Shown: positions 63,238 through 64,000 of the stretch, piece by piece
How positions within the stretch are numbered: the stretch's first letter is position 1
How the letters are laid out: each line of letters starts with the position of its first letter
From: a virus
Virus record (IMG/VR): IMGVR_UViG_3300018080_000105
Location: 32,001 to 96,000 of that record
Length of the DNA stretch: 64,000 bases
Direction: 5' to 3' (one strand)
Notes under the pieces: model-generated
The model's input: only the letters and a program-made list of their open reading frames with translations
Told to the model about the DNA's origin: nothing
Databases searched by the model: none
Made by a program: the position numbers and the translations under genes

Positions 63238-64000
63238 TCACTTGTCCTCGAAGCCAGTCGGGATCTCGGTCATCTTCTTCCCTCGCACCACTGATCCTTT
63301 GATCGGCCGAAGGCGAGGCACCAGATCTTCGTGCCCTTCCTCCCGCATGTGGCGAATTCCAAAGTGAGGTCGACGAGTATGGGGCGTGGACTCCAGCGTC
63401 CTGCCGAGCGACCAACCCTGCCCCTTGCGTTTCTCGGCACGCTTAATGACGTCATCAGTCAGAGGCTTACCCTCATCCCGTTTGCAGACGTCGCGCTCCA
63501 GCAGGCCCAGGTCACCATCTACCAGCAGGCCAAGACAAGCCACCAGCCGGTGTTGCAGGATGTCGATTTCATCCTCTACGTGCTCTTCTTCTGTCTTCTC
63601 AATAACGTTGATCAGCGGCGCACCATTCATACCAATCAACGTGCCCAGCGTTTCAGGGTCCTCTCGTGACAACGGAAACCGCTGCATACGCTGTGTCTGA
63701 TCATCCATGTCAGACCACACCGAGACGTTCGAGTTGCCGGTATCCTCGTTGTACTGCACGATCAACAAATGCGATCGATCAGGTTGTCGCAGCTCCAGTG
63801 CCTGCGTCGTGTACGTGTCGCACTCTTCCAGCTTCTCCCGGCTGGCATTCTCCGCAAACGGCGGGAGCAACCGCGGAACATGTGGCAACCGAAACGGACG
63901 CACAGGAGTGTCATCCGGAATCTTTGCCGCCATCTCTGCGATACACGGGTAGATGTTGTAGTACGGCCTCCCGGCACGAAACCAGGAAAACTCGCACAGC
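63238..64000 (-). CDS. Hypothetical phage protein with a PHxRRxH motif, 5'-truncated by the window edge
   Basis: Frame stays open upstream of the annotated ATG 63933 to the edge (LCEFSWFRAGRPYYNIYPCIAEM); TPHTRRPHFG. Confidence 0.65.
   Translation of the reverse strand, partial: LCEFSWFRAGRPYYNIYPCIAEMAAKIPDDTPVRPFRLPHVPRLLPPFAENASREKLEECDTYTTQALELRQPDRSHLLIVQYNEDTGNSNVSVWSDMDDQTQRMQRFPLSREDPETLGTLIGMNGAPLINVIEKTEEEHVEDEIDILQHRLVACLGLLVDGDLGLLERDVCKRDEGKPLTDDVIKRAEKRKGQGWSLGRTLESTPHTRRPHFGIRHMREEGHEDLVPRLRPIKGSVVRGKKMTEIPTGFEDK

Noticed and set aside
1-64000. Giant eukaryotic virus (NCLDV) origin, suggested by the SET domain, MMP and glycosylation genes
   Set aside because: RNAP motifs are bacterial beta/beta' type; genes have SD sites, start/stop overlaps and intrinsic terminators.
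1-64000. CRISPR array
   Set aside because: No regularly spaced 23-50 bp repeats seen; the only tandem repeats are short and coding (28347-28382, DPAM units).
1-64000. Most plus-strand ORFs and nested minus-strand ORFs in the six-frame track
   Set aside because: They are antisense or out-of-frame shadows of longer motif-bearing genes and lack SD sites or recognisable domains; only 42275-43420 is supported on the plus strand.
1-64000. Alternative genetic code (stop-codon recoding)
   Set aside because: Long genes are intact under the standard code and end at TAA, TAG and TGA with coupled downstream starts.
1-64000. Major capsid protein, portal, terminase, canonical tRNA/rRNA genes
   Set aside because: No supporting motifs seen; the capsid gene probably lies beyond the left edge, downstream of the scaffold-like ORF.

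Overview
This window looks like a 64 kb piece of a large (jumbo-type) tailed bacteriophage genome. Genes are densely packed, translationally coupled and preceded by Shine-Dalgarno sites. All credible genes are on the minus strand except one reductase at 42275-43420. From left to right: (i) ~1-19 kb, a head/virion module with an assemblin/HK97-type maturation protease, a scaffold-like ORF and many proteins rich in a K-x-A motif. It encloses a phage-encoded, bacterial-type multi-subunit RNA polymerase made as a beta::beta'-N fusion (1475 aa) plus a separate beta'-C chain (631 aa). Both chains have zero cysteines and have lost both zinc sites. (ii) ~19-26 kb, a nuclease plus an exported/envelope module: Cys-rich secreted peptide, two tandem Reb-like small proteins, trypsin, matrixin, permuted papain-like amidase. 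(iii) ~26-33 kb, K-x-A polyproteins with embedded enzymes (HAD; 2H phosphoesterase + SET methyltransferase) and a P-loop kinase with a histone-H1-like TPKK tail. (iv) ~33-47 kb, a glycan/small-molecule tailoring cluster (glycosyltransferases, 3 sulfotransferases, 2 Fe/2OG enzymes with a halogenase-type HXG motif, methyltransferases, PaaK-like ligase, thioester-reductase-like SDR) next to a fibre-like gene. (v) ~47-64 kb, small accessory/early genes (dCMP deaminase, GDPD, Rmf-like, a 1060 aa six-repeat lysine-depleted protein). The most novel candidate system is K-x-A-punctuated virion cargo polyproteins, probably processed by the head protease and delivered with a Cys-free virion RNAP. A Planctomycetota host is a weak inference from the style of the exported proteins. 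All assignments come from motif reading by eye; no database searches were run. Several start codons were moved from the ORF track to SD-supported starts.
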